DNA of 64,000 bases from the IMG/VR virus record IMGVR_UViG_3300046782_000608; one strand, given 5' to 3'. Shown piece after piece: positions 45,548-56,191 of the stretch (positions within the stretch are counted from its first letter, which is position 1; each line of letters opens with the position of its first letter). A program made the position numbers and the translations under genes. The stretch comes from a virus. A model generated the notes under the pieces. It worked only from the letters and a program-made list of their open reading frames with translations, was not told the origin of the DNA and ran no database searches.

Positions 45548-46167
45548 GCAACCGACCCGGTATCATCCCATTTCAACACAAACGTTTCAACTTCATTTCT
45601 CTTCTCTGGCGCACCAGTCACCGCCCCCGCATTCGATGCAAGAGTTGTATTCGGATTTCCATTAACAGGTGTTGCCGAAGCCCCGGCATCAGTTGAACTT
45701 ATTGTTGTTCCGAGGCTTCCATCACTAAATCCTGGTCCAGAAATAACACTCGGAACCGTCAGCCCACTCTGCGATGGCGCTCCGGGCGGCGAAACCAACT
45801 TCCCCTTCTGATTCCCCGGCGGAACATCAGTAGGCTGCCCGCTTTGGTTATCCGCAAATGGCTTGGGTCGCGAAAACCTAATTTCATTAATCCGTCTAAC
45901 ATTCACATTCTGACTAGCATCATCCGGGTTCTCCACCCGAATATCAGTTGTCTTACGATCTTTCTCTGTAAACCCTTTCTTAACATCAACCCCTTTTACT
46001 ATTACTCTAATTCCAGTTTGCTTCGTCTCGGGGGCACTACCCGGAGAACCCCAAGCAATAATAGCCCGATCCGTAGTTACCTTTGTAACCCTAGTAACGA
46101 CAACTTTCTTATCGTTGATGGTCCCTAATGGTTGCCAAGGACCGCGAACAATCTGTTCAAGAGCCAC
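45544..46167 (-). CDS. tail tip protein
   Basis: ORF track; overlapping start/stop with neighbours. Confidence 0.55.
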   Translation of the reverse strand: MALEQIVRGPWQPLGTINDKKVVVTRVTKVTTDRAIIAWGSPGSAPETKQTGIRVIVKGVDVKKGFTEKDRKTTDIRVENPDDASQNVNVRRINEIRFSRPKPFADNQSGQPTDVPPGNQKGKLVSPPGAPSQSGLTVPSVISGPGFSDGSLGTTISSTDAGASATPVNGNPNTTLASNAGAVTGAPEKRNEVETFVLKWDDTGSVA

Positions 46168-46172
46168 GCCGG

Positions 46173-48788
46173 CTACCCCGCCGCCAAATCAATAGTTTTC
46201 GCAATCGCCAACTTTGAAACATCAACATAAAATTCACTCAAAAACGCTCCACCCGTAACCGGAACCAACTCCAACAGCACATGCGGATAACAATTAGTCA
46301 ACACCGTCGCCGGGTCTAATGGTTGCTTCGAGATTGAATTCAATGCCCCCAATGCAATTCCAGCCGGTAATGGTATAGTTGCTGCGATCGCCGTCTTCTG
46401 TTGGTTGATCCCACCAACCAATTGACACCGCCTCACTACCGTCTGTGGAGTCATATTATAAAAATTAACCCCGTCATCCACAACTTCAAAATCATCAAAA
46501 GTCTCATAAACAATAGATCCGTCCCCAAAATCAATCGTCCCATCAACCTCAGTCTGATACCCGTGATCTACATAATTATCATTCACATAATTCCCCGCTC
46601 CAACAGTCGTGGGAATTGTTCCCCCATTCCCCACAGTACACCCAATTTTAATAACCACCCGCATCCCACCGTTCGCACTCGCGGAAATCGTATAGTCAAT
46701 CACCTTCCCCACCGCCGAACCGCCCGGAAGTCTGCTATCAATAATATGCACATTCTTCCTACACGAAACACTAATCCCCTTGTGCCAAGTGGTAGTCAAT
46801 GTAATCTCGACCGCTCGCGCCCGAACAATAAGTTTCGCCCGCGCATAAGCCAATAGGAACCGAAAGCTCTGTTGTCCCCGATCACTCTTGAAATAGGTGT
46901 TATCGCGCAAATCCCGAATCGGCGTGACGCCGCCCGGATCAATTCTCTTGCTAATCAAATCCGAAGATAACGAAAACGCTTCCACCGACGCCCGGCTATC
47001 GCTCGCAACTTGCTGAACATCAGCTTCCAAGAAGAAACTAACACTTTCCGTCCACTCTCGATTTGCTGAGAAATCCGCCAAAAATGCAATCTTATAAACA
47101 CTCAACTTAAACAGCGCATGGGTTTCTACATAACTTCCCTGCGCATCCTTGGCCGCCGACCCAGTAGGATTTCCCCAATCATCAACCGCTGCATCGTTGA
47201 AATCCTGGCCCGCTGAGAACGAAGTCGTGTATTTTGTAAGAATGTCCGTAGTCCCGAACATCCGTGTGCTTTCAATAATAATCGTATCCGCATTAACCTG
47301 CCATCCCGCACCGATGTTTTGAAGCGGCTTTGGCCAACTAGAAAGCAATCCACTCCCCTGGTATGCAGATATATTTGGCCGCCCGAACCGCGACCCACCA
47401 TCATAAAACACCTGTCGAATAGTGTCCGTCAGATCAACGGTATCGTTTGCTTCTTGTGTCCAAGTAACCGTGCCAGTCATATAAACCGCAGCCAGTGGCG
47501 GATTACCAATCTTATAATCCAAATCCGCATAAATGTGATCGTTTTCGCCAATAAAAAGAGTTCCATCTTCGCCCGATGTAATGTTAGAAATACTAACTTC
47601 CAATGTAGTCCTATCTGTATGCCAAAGGTCGGGCCGCGCTTCAAGAATTGTATCCTTATCATCAACCCCATTGCTATACCAAATTGGATCCCAATAAGGA
47701 TTAACCCGAAGTGTCGCCGCTAGAACGGTCTGCAAGTTTTCATATTCCGACGGCTTTGCCAAGAATTGCAGCGTAACTTCTTCATCTTTGATTTCGTCGG
47801 GAACCGTAACCAGCCGTCCATGGAACAGTGGAGTTATTCCACTAGGACTTCCATCTTCAACCTCTCTCCAACTCAACCAGCACCAAATATTCCGCCCCGG
47901 ATACAAATATCCCATATGTGGGTTCTTCAATTTAATTGTAAGCAGCGCCGCGTTGCCTTCCGATTGCTTTATGTCGATTGATAAAACTTCCTCGTCGTTC
48001 CTGGCATGAGCTATTTCATCAAACGTCCCACCATCAGGATAAATAATTCCATGATGAATCCTCAGATGCGCCTGCTTTGTAGAAACCGTCGGTAATTCAG
48101 AAAGCAAAAACGTATTGTCCGCTTCGAACGTTCCCAAAACAGTCCCCGACAACCCCCGCGCAAACAATTGATAAACATTTCCAATCACCAATCCAACCGT
48201 GCTGCCCAAATTGGTTATTCTATTCTGCCCAACAGTGGTCGAAAAAGTAAGCGTAACATCGCGCGCGGTTGCGTTATTGTTGTTATTCACTGAAATAGTA
48301 TTACTTCCAGTATAAGTCCCAATGGTTCCCGGAGAAGTGCTGCCGCCAGAAACATTATACGTCGTCCCCACAACCAACTTACTTGTATCATTCAGAACAA
48401 TGTCTGTTATCCCCGTATCCGATTGCAGCAACATTGCCAACCCTTCAGCCGGCTCAACACCCATAAAAAGATACGGCAATCCATTACTATCCCGACTATT
48501 CGAGAGCGTTCCAGAATAATCCCCTTCATAAACAAAATCTGAAATAACTTCTCCAATAGTTGCCTTATAAACCCTGCCCACAACCAACCCATCAACGCTT
48601 CGCATATTTGTAGCTTCGGTAACTTTCCTCCGCCAATTAATGCTTGGTAAGAAGTCCGCTGTGGTTTCTAACTTACCCGCCCAAATTTGACAAACCACTT
48701 CTGCCGATCCGCCCCATATATCACCAACCGTTACCAAATCAAACGCTGGTATTGGGGTTCCTCCAACCCAAGCGAAATAAAACGTCAT
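46173..48788 (-). CDS. central tail hub / baseplate protein
   Basis: 871 aa, two genes after the tape measure; WCWLSW...PLFHGRLV..P hub-like segment. Confidence 0.65.
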   Translation of the reverse strand: MTFYFAWVGGTPIPAFDLVTVGDIWGGSAEVVCQIWAGKLETTADFLPSINWRRKVTEATNMRSVDGLVVGRVYKATIGEVISDFVYEGDYSGTLSNSRDSNGLPYLFMGVEPAEGLAMLLQSDTGITDIVLNDTSKLVVGTTYNVSGGSTSPGTIGTYTGSNTISVNNNNNATARDVTLTFSTTVGQNRITNLGSTVGLVIGNVYQLFARGLSGTVLGTFEADNTFLLSELPTVSTKQAHLRIHHGIIYPDGGTFDEIAHARNDEEVLSIDIKQSEGNAALLTIKLKNPHMGYLYPGRNIWCWLSWREVEDGSPSGITPLFHGRLVTVPDEIKDEEVTLQFLAKPSEYENLQTVLAATLRVNPYWDPIWYSNGVDDKDTILEARPDLWHTDRTTLEVSISNITSGEDGTLFIGENDHIYADLDYKIGNPPLAAVYMTGTVTWTQEANDTVDLTDTIRQVFYDGGSRFGRPNISAYQGSGLLSSWPKPLQNIGAGWQVNADTIIIESTRMFGTTDILTKYTTSFSAGQDFNDAAVDDWGNPTGSAAKDAQGSYVETHALFKLSVYKIAFLADFSANREWTESVSFFLEADVQQVASDSRASVEAFSLSSDLISKRIDPGGVTPIRDLRDNTYFKSDRGQQSFRFLLAYARAKLIVRARAVEITLTTTWHKGISVSCRKNVHIIDSRLPGGSAVGKVIDYTISASANGGMRVVIKIGCTVGNGGTIPTTVGAGNYVNDNYVDHGYQTEVDGTIDFGDGSIVYETFDDFEVVDDGVNFYNMTPQTVVRRCQLVGGINQQKTAIAATIPLPAGIALGALNSISKQPLDPATVLTNCYPHVLLELVPVTGGAFLSEFYVDVSKLAIAKTIDLAAG

Positions 48789-49243
48789 GGACTTGTGCTC
48801 AACGTCTGTTCCTCGAACTCATACGACCATGAAACAGCCGCGCCGTACTCATCGGTTGATGTATTAAATCCCGTACAAACCATCACCAAGATTGGCTTAT
48901 AGAATGTAAAATCCCCTTCAGTCCTAGTGCTGCCCGAAACCGCGTTCCTCTCCTGCAACCCAGGGCTTCCAGTTGGATAACAGAGTTCCGCAACACAATC
49001 GATTGTAACTTCCATCCCCGGCCACAAACCCCCAATTGCAGGAGGATTAAGATCATTGCATGAAATCCTACTCTTATACAACTTCATCGACGGAATTGAC
49101 ATATCAATTAATCTTCCATTCACCGCCCGTTCCAATTTAATAGCCGGAGCGATCGGTTCAATGGTTTGCGTCAGCCCGCGCGCCGAGAACGGCGGAACTT
49201 CTGCCCCCGAAATCCGCAATTCCGTAAAATCATTAACTTCCAT
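48785..49243 (-). CDS. distal tail-like protein
   Basis: PFSARGLTQT...R.VNG.L...; directly after the tape measure. Confidence 0.65.
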   Translation of the reverse strand: MEVNDFTELRISGAEVPPFSARGLTQTIEPIAPAIKLERAVNGRLIDMSIPSMKLYKSRISCNDLNPPAIGGLWPGMEVTIDCVAELCYPTGSPGLQERNAVSGSTRTEGDFTFYKPILVMVCTGFNTSTDEYGAAVSWSYEFEEQTLSTSP

Positions 49244-49249
49244 CCTCTA

Positions 49250-51160
49250 CTACCTCTTCCAACTTGGCGATTTTCCCAAACTTATTAAATCACTCGTTCG
49301 GGCATGTTGAAGAAGACTATTCGCCGTTGCATCCGGGGCTACAAGATCAGCGTACTGTCGCCCTTCGATAAACAACGTAAATTTGGTTCGAGAATCAACC
49401 AATCCACCAGAACCCACCAAACCACCCGCAGCAAATCCCCTACTATTGCTTCGGATTGGTCGCCCAATTGAATTAATCGCTTCCAACAGTGGCAAATTTG
49501 CGCGGGTTCCAACTGCGTTTACAATGTACTCTCCATCACTAACCCGAATGGAATTACTATCGCTCGTTCCACTCCCGGCCCCCTTAAATAACCCGCCACT
49601 AGAAAACCCATCTGGAAGTGTGCCGAAGTTGGTCGAGCCGGTATCGAAAGAACCGCCACCCGTTGCCGGCGGGATAGCCGCTGACGCCACCACCCGACTT
49701 CCCGGAGCTTGAATATTAGTACCAAGAACATCATTAATAGCATTTGCAATACTTGTATAATAACTCAATATGCTATTCCCCGTCTCCTTTGCCGAAACTT
49801 CCAATTCTGCAAAGGGATTCTCCGCAGTAAATACTTTTGTAATATCATCCACAATTCCCGTCGCAAGAGCAAAACCTCCTACGGGATCAGTTGCTTGAAT
49901 TTGTTGTTGAATTGGTGGCCCCTGAGTGCCGCCGAGCATCCTAGGAATTCTATCTTCAACCCCCTTAGCAATATCAGCAACACCCTGAACTGTGCCTCCA
50001 AAAGTAGATTCTTTAATTTGTTTTTTCGTCTCAGCCAATGCACGATTTAAACCATCAACATCACCTCTATTAAAAGCTGCCGATATTGCTCTTCCAAGAT
50101 CATTAAACGCACCGATAGTTTCACCAAAATTTACCACCCCTTCTTTAAAGAATTGAGCAAGCCTATCCTGAAAGCCTTGAAATTCCGTATTAACTTCCCG
50201 AAGCCGCCTACTAAATGGATCAAGTGCATTTACATTTGCATCGCCCATTTTATTCTTAAACGCTTCCAAAAATCCCGCTGCATTCCCAAGGCCATTTGCA
50301 GCAAGATTTGAATTTTGCCCAATAAGGCCAACTTGTTTTGCAAGCTCAGTTGCGGGCGCAACGTTTCCTTTTAATAGTTCAGCTACAGCAGTAATAAGCT
50401 TATCAGACGAACCTGCTCCCAGAGCAGTATTAAGATTTTCTCCTGCCCGAACAAGCTTTCCAAAATCCACTTGCAACGGCAAAATACCTTCACGACGAAT
50501 TTGTTCAAATCTTTTAGCAACCTCTGCCGGAGCAAGTGCTAAATCACGAAATTTAGTAGTAAGGTCTGTTAATTCTTGTGCGGTTTTTGGACCAACAGCA
50601 GTTGGGAAATTAAGCCGTTGAGCATTGTCCTCGCCCCCACGAAGAACCGTCGGCCCTCCTCCAAGCGTATTTAATATAACTCCAAATCTTCTAACTCTAT
50701 CAGAGCTTTCTAATACCTTTTCACCTAAAACTCCCGCTTCGGCACCAATAGCTACAATTCCACCAAGCGCCAACTTTGATGGCGATATCACTCCACTGAA
50801 ACGACTTGCCAATTCCCTTAAAACATTCCCAACGCCGCCACCTTGCTGGAACAACTGAACAAACTGACCACCCTGTTGAGTAAAGGTTCGAAATGGACTA
50901 ATCCCACTCGCCAAGCTCGTAACAACGTCATTAATTTGGAATGTAAGGTTTTGCGCCGCATATCGAGTTGCTTTAGCGCTAACTTCAACCTGATTTAATC
51001 CGGTCTCAAACGTCTTTAACCCTTGGTTGGCTCTCTCCGCCCCTTTCTGGATATTTACTCCTAACTGTTCCCCAACCTTTGCAACCCCCTCCAACTGCCG
51101 CCTTGCATCATCGCCACCGATTATAACAATTCTTTGATTTATATTAACGCCCTGTGCCAT
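49250..51160 (-). CDS. tail tape measure protein
   Basis: QNLTFQINDVVTSLASG.SPF....QQGGQ motif; Ala/Gly-rich; C-terminal GF..GG...G.G..TSDS...VSDGEY.VN. Confidence 0.9.
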   Translation of the reverse strand: MAQGVNINQRIVIIGGDDARRQLEGVAKVGEQLGVNIQKGAERANQGLKTFETGLNQVEVSAKATRYAAQNLTFQINDVVTSLASGISPFRTFTQQGGQFVQLFQQGGGVGNVLRELASRFSGVISPSKLALGGIVAIGAEAGVLGEKVLESSDRVRRFGVILNTLGGGPTVLRGGEDNAQRLNFPTAVGPKTAQELTDLTTKFRDLALAPAEVAKRFEQIRREGILPLQVDFGKLVRAGENLNTALGAGSSDKLITAVAELLKGNVAPATELAKQVGLIGQNSNLAANGLGNAAGFLEAFKNKMGDANVNALDPFSRRLREVNTEFQGFQDRLAQFFKEGVVNFGETIGAFNDLGRAISAAFNRGDVDGLNRALAETKKQIKESTFGGTVQGVADIAKGVEDRIPRMLGGTQGPPIQQQIQATDPVGGFALATGIVDDITKVFTAENPFAELEVSAKETGNSILSYYTSIANAINDVLGTNIQAPGSRVVASAAIPPATGGGSFDTGSTNFGTLPDGFSSGGLFKGAGSGTSDSNSIRVSDGEYIVNAVGTRANLPLLEAINSIGRPIRSNSRGFAAGGLVGSGGLVDSRTKFTLFIEGRQYADLVAPDATANSLLQHARTSDLISLGKSPSWKR

Positions 51161-51163
51161 CTT

Positions 51164-51919
51164 CTATACCGCTTTCCCTACTGTACTGAAGATCAGCTGT
51201 GCTAGCCGCGCGTTATATAGCTCTGGCAAATCATCCCGTCCTTGCTCGTATATTGCAGAAATATTAAACTTCCTCCTGATCTCAACCGAACTAACACCAA
51301 CAAAAAGTGGTATCGAAACAGTCTGATAGCCACCTGCAACACCAAACGCGCGCCGAACCTGGGTCCGCCTAATATTCCTTTGTGCATTCAACAGTTGCGC
51401 CAACGTAACCTTGCCCGACTGTACAAACCGGCCCCGCGCCAACTTAACAAGCGTTCTCTTCTTCGACCGTGCGCTTGGCCGAATAATGTTCCCAACCAAG
51501 ATGTTCTTTCCACCCCGAGTAATTTTATGCAACCGCACCCCCGCCGCAATAAGCCTCGCCGGAGTTGTTGCTTTTCCATTAACCGAATTTGGCGCTGTTG
51601 CAAGAGGAATCCACAACAACGGTTTCCCCGCAGCATTTGCGCCTCGTTCAAAAACATTCGCTATATTATAACTATGAAACCCCCGCATAGTCAACTCAGT
51701 TACATCATTTGGCCCTGGAACTCTCGGAAAGATATAAGTCTTAAATCCAGTAACCCATTTTCCTTTAAACCCGGCCCCAGCAATCTCTGCCCGAGCTTTA
51801 GATTGGACTTGGGCCGCTAAGTCCTGAAACGCGCCCCGAGCCGCGCCAAAGATTGTTCCTTCAATCTGCTTCGCCGCATCCTTCCAATCTTGGTTTCGTG
51901 ATTCAACTTTAATTTGCAC
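51164..51919 (-). CDS. DUF6441-like tail/neck protein
   Basis: RAEIAGAGF...FP...G...LWIPL pattern of alphaproteobacterial phage DUF6441. Confidence 0.6.
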   Translation of the reverse strand: MQIKVESRNQDWKDAAKQIEGTIFGAARGAFQDLAAQVQSKARAEIAGAGFKGKWVTGFKTYIFPRVPGPNDVTELTMRGFHSYNIANVFERGANAAGKPLLWIPLATAPNSVNGKATTPARLIAAGVRLHKITRGGKNILVGNIIRPSARSKKRTLVKLARGRFVQSGKVTLAQLLNAQRNIRRTQVRRAFGVAGGYQTVSIPLFVGVSSVEIRRKFNISAIYEQGRDDLPELYNARLAQLIFSTVGKAV

Positions 51920-51920
51920 C

Positions 51921-52190
51921 CTACTTCACCATCTTCATAACTTCTTTCGGATCACCATGAACCGCAAGAACTTGGATCCTTAGTTGGTCCCTAAGTCCTT
52001 TACGATATTCCCGATCAATTATCTTCAACACCGCCTGAGTTTGCCTCATTGTCATATTCCAGGCAACTTCCCAGCCAAGATGTTTTGCTACTACAAAAAT
52101 GGCTGCGGCGAAATCATCTGCGGAATTGGTTCTAGGCTTCCGTTGGCCGTGCCCGGTTTGTCCGTTCCCGGGCTTTCTAACAAAGGGTTT
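51921..52190 (-). CDS. tail assembly chaperone GT extension (-1 frame)
   Basis: Open -1 frame from A-AAC-CCT (52190-52184) to TAG at 51921: ...DDFAAAIFVVAKHLGWEVAWNMTMRQ... Confidence 0.6.
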   Translation of the reverse strand, partial: KPFVRKPGNGQTGHGQRKPRTNSADDFAAAIFVVAKHLGWEVAWNMTMRQTQAVLKIIDREYRKGLRDQLRIQVLAVHGDPKEVMKMVK

Positions 52191-52540
52191 ACTTTCCTTC
52201 TCGCCTCCGCTTTCTCAGCAGAGCCCAATTCCATTATAGACTCAAAGATTGCAAACTGCTCCGCCTCGCTCAATCTCTCTAGTATCAAATCTTCCGTCGC
52301 TTTATCTCCACAATTACCCATTCCGGTAGCAATAACCGCGGGTATAAGCCCATCCGAAGTGGACTCATAAACATCGACAATATTCATCCCGGTTCCGTCA
52401 ATAAGTTTCTTTATATCCGGGAACCGTTGTATCAACTGCACCCATTCAAGGTTCTTAATACCCCGCACATTCAAGTCGCCACCACGAATTGTTATTGTTT
52501 TTGCCATAACTTCGGGCGGCGCGATATCAGGAAGTCCCAC
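52091..52540 (-). CDS. tail assembly chaperone G
   Basis: Follows the tail tube gene; slippery heptamer near the 3' end. Confidence 0.7.
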   Translation of the reverse strand: MGLPDIAPPEVMAKTITIRGGDLNVRGIKNLEWVQLIQRFPDIKKLIDGTGMNIVDVYESTSDGLIPAVIATGMGNCGDKATEDLILERLSEAEQFAIFESIMELGSAEKAEARRKVNPLLESPGTDKPGTANGSLEPIPQMISPQPFL

Positions 52541-52576
52541 CGGTAACTCCTATTTAAGGTGAACTTACGCTCTGGA

Positions 52577-53119
52577 TCAGATTGGCGGCGATCCCATTGG
52601 AATTTCAGCGCCCGCCGTAATCGGCTGGATATCGCCAAACTTCCCTGTAACCGTATCCGCGTTGGCCGTTCCTTCCAAGATCATTTCAGACCAATCTGCA
52701 TCAGCAAGCCATGCAAGCGCGCCGTTCGGACGTAGGCTTACATCATACAAATCAAGCTGGAAAGTTTGGCCGACTGTATTTTCCCCGATTACTCGAAGGG
52801 CGCCCCGAACTTCCGCATCGCTTCCAATCGGCGTCACCGGCGGGGAACCAACATTAGTTCCCATTGCCCACATTTCGAAATTCTCCGGGGAGAATTCGCT
52901 CATAGTCAACGCAACCACCAACGTCTTTCCGAGGTTAATAATCTTAACCGGAATCCGGGTCGAATGCCGGCGGGATTGATATTCCAACGTTTGCACTGTC
53001 ATGGTGGTGGTGAAAGTCAAACATTCCCCAAGATCGCGATAGCTTCCACTACCGGCTTTCATGTATTTGACAATTCCTTTGAACAGAGAGATGTTGTCAA
53101 CATTTGGAGAAGCAGGCAT
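52577..53119 (-). CDS. major tail (tube) protein
   Basis: KG.V...RDLGE...L...SRR...SE...EN...L.P.G...W....EG pattern and position. Confidence 0.75.
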   Translation of the reverse strand: MPASPNVDNISLFKGIVKYMKAGSGSYRDLGECLTFTTTMTVQTLEYQSRRHSTRIPVKIINLGKTLVVALTMSEFSPENFEMWAMGTNVGSPPVTPIGSDAEVRGALRVIGENTVGQTFQLDLYDVSLRPNGALAWLADADWSEMILEGTANADTVTGKFGDIQPITAGAEIPMGSPPI

Positions 53120-53134
53120 AACATACCTCCAAGT

Positions 53135-53596
53135 TTAGGTTAAGTCCGACAGCCGCAAGGGATAGGTAAACACGAACGTAAGATCGAGCCGTGGTTCTTT
53201 CGTCTGAGGGTCCGGCTCGGGAACTGAACAACCCCCATATCTTATTATTCCATTAGCTCCCATTATAGCTTGGAGCGCAGCATCATTGAGAATTGACGAA
53301 ATAACTCTCCGTCGAAACAAACTAGTAACAGCCCCCGCATCCGTTCCATCATCAGCGCGAAGTAAAATTCTAATCTCCGGTGTCAATTCCATAAATTGAA
53401 TTTGACTAAACCTCTTTATTCCTCCTGAAGGCCGATCCAAAGATGTCTCTTCGACCCCATCCATTATCAAAACTGCCGGTCGAGTCAATCCTGGAACGTC
53501 AAGCCGATTTCGTACAACCGCACTAATTCCAGTAACTCCCGCACAAACAACTGGCAACCGTTCTAAGATTTGTTCTCGAACATCTATCATAACCAC
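53135..53596 (-). CDS. tail terminator/completion protein
   Basis: REQIL.RL...RN...RPAV..DG.E; just upstream of the tail tube gene. Confidence 0.65.
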   Translation of the reverse strand: MVMIDVREQILERLPVVCAGVTGISAVVRNRLDVPGLTRPAVLIMDGVEETSLDRPSGGIKRFSQIQFMELTPEIRILLRADDGTDAGAVTSLFRRRVISSILNDAALQAIMGANGIIRYGGCSVPEPDPQTKEPRLDLTFVFTYPLRLSDLT

Positions 53597-53598
53597 TA

Positions 53599-53985
53599 CT
53601 ACCCACGCGCCAATAGATTAACCCGAACCAATGCCCCACCCCAATAGATCGGCATTATATCTTGAATATTCGCGGAACTTCCTTGCACAATAATCCGATC
53701 ATCCCGCTGCGGAAGCCCAAACGCCATTGGCGGCGAACCAATGCTCGCTTCCATCAAAATTGTTGGACTTACCACAATTCTAATGTCCCTAACCCCATCC
53801 CCAGCTAACAAGTCCTGCGGTTCACTCGACCGAACCCACGCAGGCAACACAACCGACATAACAACAACCGACGCCCCGGTTGTCGGATCGGTGGCCAAAC
53901 GTTCCAAAACAATACTTTCTCCGGTCCTTCCAATCGACCGTTCCAGCCGAGCAATCTTTCCCCCCGCGGTATCCATCACGCCCAA
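53599..53985 (-). CDS. head closure / head-tail joining protein
   Basis: L.R.I..TGE.I.L.R...P...DRI; position. Confidence 0.65.
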   Translation of the reverse strand: MGVMDTAGGKIARLERSIGRTGESIVLERLATDPTTGASVVVMSVVLPAWVRSSEPQDLLAGDGVRDIRIVVSPTILMEASIGSPPMAFGLPQRDDRIIVQGSSANIQDIMPIYWGGALVRVNLLARG

Positions 53986-54602
53986 CCTGGATCAGAATAA
54001 ACATCGAGCAAATCCATAACCGCTTTCTCAACATCCGTTTGATCGCGATAAGTTACCGAATCAATCTCAAACGTAGTTTCGCTCCGTACTGTTGGATCGC
54101 GCGAACCATACCAATATGCCTTTGACAACAACAGTGTTGCCCGAACCAATCCGCCAGGAAGCTTGTCAGGTGGTGGGCTTCCAGACAAATCATATCCTCC
54201 CGTGAAATCCACAACAATACTTGGCGCACCGATAATTCCACTAATAAAACCAGTATAATTAATTCTATATAACATCCCCTTTCTCGCATCATTGGCAAAA
54301 TCAACATCTTCAACCAACACTACCCCGTTCTCAACCACTGAAGCAATATTAGAAACTGGCCGTCGGGCCAAAACCAACGTTGGAACGTTTTCCCAAAAAC
54401 CAATATAATATGTCTGATTTATACCTTCGCTGACCCAAACCCGCCCAGTTAGATCCTCCACAACCCCGCTCGCCTGACTAATAATTTCGCTCAATCGGAC
54501 ATCAGAAGCATTGTTGGTAATATTCAATTCTGATTTAAGCGTATCCAATGTAATAAGATCATGGCTAACCGCGGGGGTGGTTACTTTGATAATTGAGCGC
54601 AT
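53976..54602 (-). CDS. head-tail connector (gp6-like)
   Basis: LITL..LKSEL.I....D..L...I..AS...GYD...LP..L..A. Confidence 0.75.
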   Translation of the reverse strand: MRSIIKVTTPAVSHDLITLDTLKSELNITNNASDVRLSEIISQASGVVEDLTGRVWVSEGINQTYYIGFWENVPTLVLARRPVSNIASVVENGVVLVEDVDFANDARKGMLYRINYTGFISGIIGAPSIVVDFTGGYDLSGSPPPDKLPGGLVRATLLLSKAYWYGSRDPTVRSETTFEIDSVTYRDQTDVEKAVMDLLDVYSDPGWA

Positions 54603-54606
54603 TTTA

Positions 54607-55029
54607 TTACTCCGTTACTTTTCTATCGCGACCATCCGCACCCCGTTTAACCGCGAGTGTCCAAGCCTTCGACCCACCGCCCGGTTTGTCTTTTGTCGGC
54701 TCATTACAATGATACAGGCTTCCACCCCAAGTCACCGTATCCCCCCGAACATATTCGTTATTCTCTACATACACTCCCCGATAAATTTGCATAGGAAAAT
54801 TAATTTCCCAAGCTTTCGGCGGAATCCCATTCCGAGCCAACGTGAACGTAACTTTACGTTCCCCGTCATACTTTATATCATAATCATCAAACCCCAAGCC
54901 GGGCGGCCCTGGCTTACCGCCTTCTCTTATAAACGCTCGAACTTCTTCCAGTGCGCGGGACGCAAGGTTTATTGCAACTCCCACCCCTTGCCAAACCGAA
55001 TAGCGCGGAAGCGGTATTTTATCAGACAT
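54607..55029 (-). CDS. head-associated hypothetical protein
   Basis: YRGVY....Y.RGD.VTWGGSL...WTLAVKRG.DG.D pattern. Confidence 0.6.
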   Translation of the reverse strand: MSDKIPLPRYSVWQGVGVAINLASRALEEVRAFIREGGKPGPPGLGFDDYDIKYDGERKVTFTLARNGIPPKAWEINFPMQIYRGVYVENNEYVRGDTVTWGGSLYHCNEPTKDKPGGGSKAWTLAVKRGADGRDRKVTE

Positions 55030-55030
55030 T

Positions 55031-56191
55031 TTAAGCCGCCTCTAACAGAATTAACAACTCGTCATCGTTTAGGTTTTGTTCACCAACTGCGCCGCCACCG
55101 ATAATCGACACCTTGGCCGCAACCAAATCCGTTGAACCAAATTCACCATCAATCGAAATAGAACCTAAAGAATTCCCACCTATCAGTTGTACCGTAACAA
55201 CAAATACCGCGCCGGGCGCTTCACCATCGATTATTACAATAGGTGGAATTTGCGGTAGCGGAATGCCGCTATTACCCGCAGAAAACCTAACCGCCACCCC
55301 AACAGCCGCAGCCGTTGACGTTCCCTGAGCAGAACCATCAGCAGTAATAGTTTCAAAATTATTATTTGCATGTGCTGTGCTAGTTCCGGCTGCACTTCCA
55401 GCCGCACTCGCTACACTTGATCCAACCGCAACATTTGTTGAAGATCCAACAACCTCACCGTCAAACTTTGCAATTGATGTACCAACACCATCAACCGCCG
55501 AAGTCCCATCGGAACTTCCTGCGCCCCAATGAATTTCAATAGAAATTGCAGAAACTAAACTAGAACCGACTGAACTTCCATCGCCGGCGAATTCTGCGAC
55601 ACCTGTTGCTTCTACATTACTTGTCCCGACCGAGGCTCCCGAACCCCAATGAACAGTAACACTATCCGCTGAAACAGAACTAGTACCGTTTGAACTAGCA
55701 ATAGTTGCAGCGACCGAACCACCAACCGCTTGAACAACGCTTGTACCAAATAAACTACCGGCCCCGCTTGCAACACTGGCCCCAATTCCTGCTACAGTTG
55801 AAGTTCCATTAGAACTTCCAGCCGCCGCCGCAACCGATGCACCGTTCGCAATTACTGAACTAGTACCAGTTGAATTTCCACTTGATGCTGCGACCGATCT
55901 TCCACCCGCAAGTACAACACCAATACCGACCGAACTCCCCACAGCCGCTGCAACACCAGCCCCAACTGCAACAACCGTAGCAATTCCAGAACAGCTACCA
56001 ACCGACGCTACAGTCGATCCACCAATCGCTGTTACGTTGACGGTTCCCGAAGAACTTCCAATACCCCAATGAATCGTAATACTAGTTGCAGAAACCGTTG
56101 CAATACCAATAGACGCACCAGCAGACGCACGAATACCTGATGGTATTTGGCCTAATGCCAGTTCGCCTACTGCGCCGAAACCGTCACTCAT
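55031..56191 (-). CDS. Ser/Gly/Ala-rich repetitive virion protein
   Basis: Many G.S.G.S.V.A repeats over about 300 aa. Confidence 0.65.
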   Translation of the reverse strand: MSDGFGAVGELALGQIPSGIRASAGASIGIATVSATSITIHWGIGSSSGTVNVTAIGGSTVASVGSCSGIATVVAVGAGVAAAVGSSVGIGVVLAGGRSVAASSGNSTGTSSVIANGASVAAAAGSSNGTSTVAGIGASVASGAGSLFGTSVVQAVGGSVAATIASSNGTSSVSADSVTVHWGSGASVGTSNVEATGVAEFAGDGSSVGSSLVSAISIEIHWGAGSSDGTSAVDGVGTSIAKFDGEVVGSSTNVAVGSSVASAAGSAAGTSTAHANNNFETITADGSAQGTSTAAAVGVAVRFSAGNSGIPLPQIPPIVIIDGEAPGAVFVVTVQLIGGNSLGSISIDGEFGSTDLVAAKVSIIGGGAVGEQNLNDDELLILLEAA

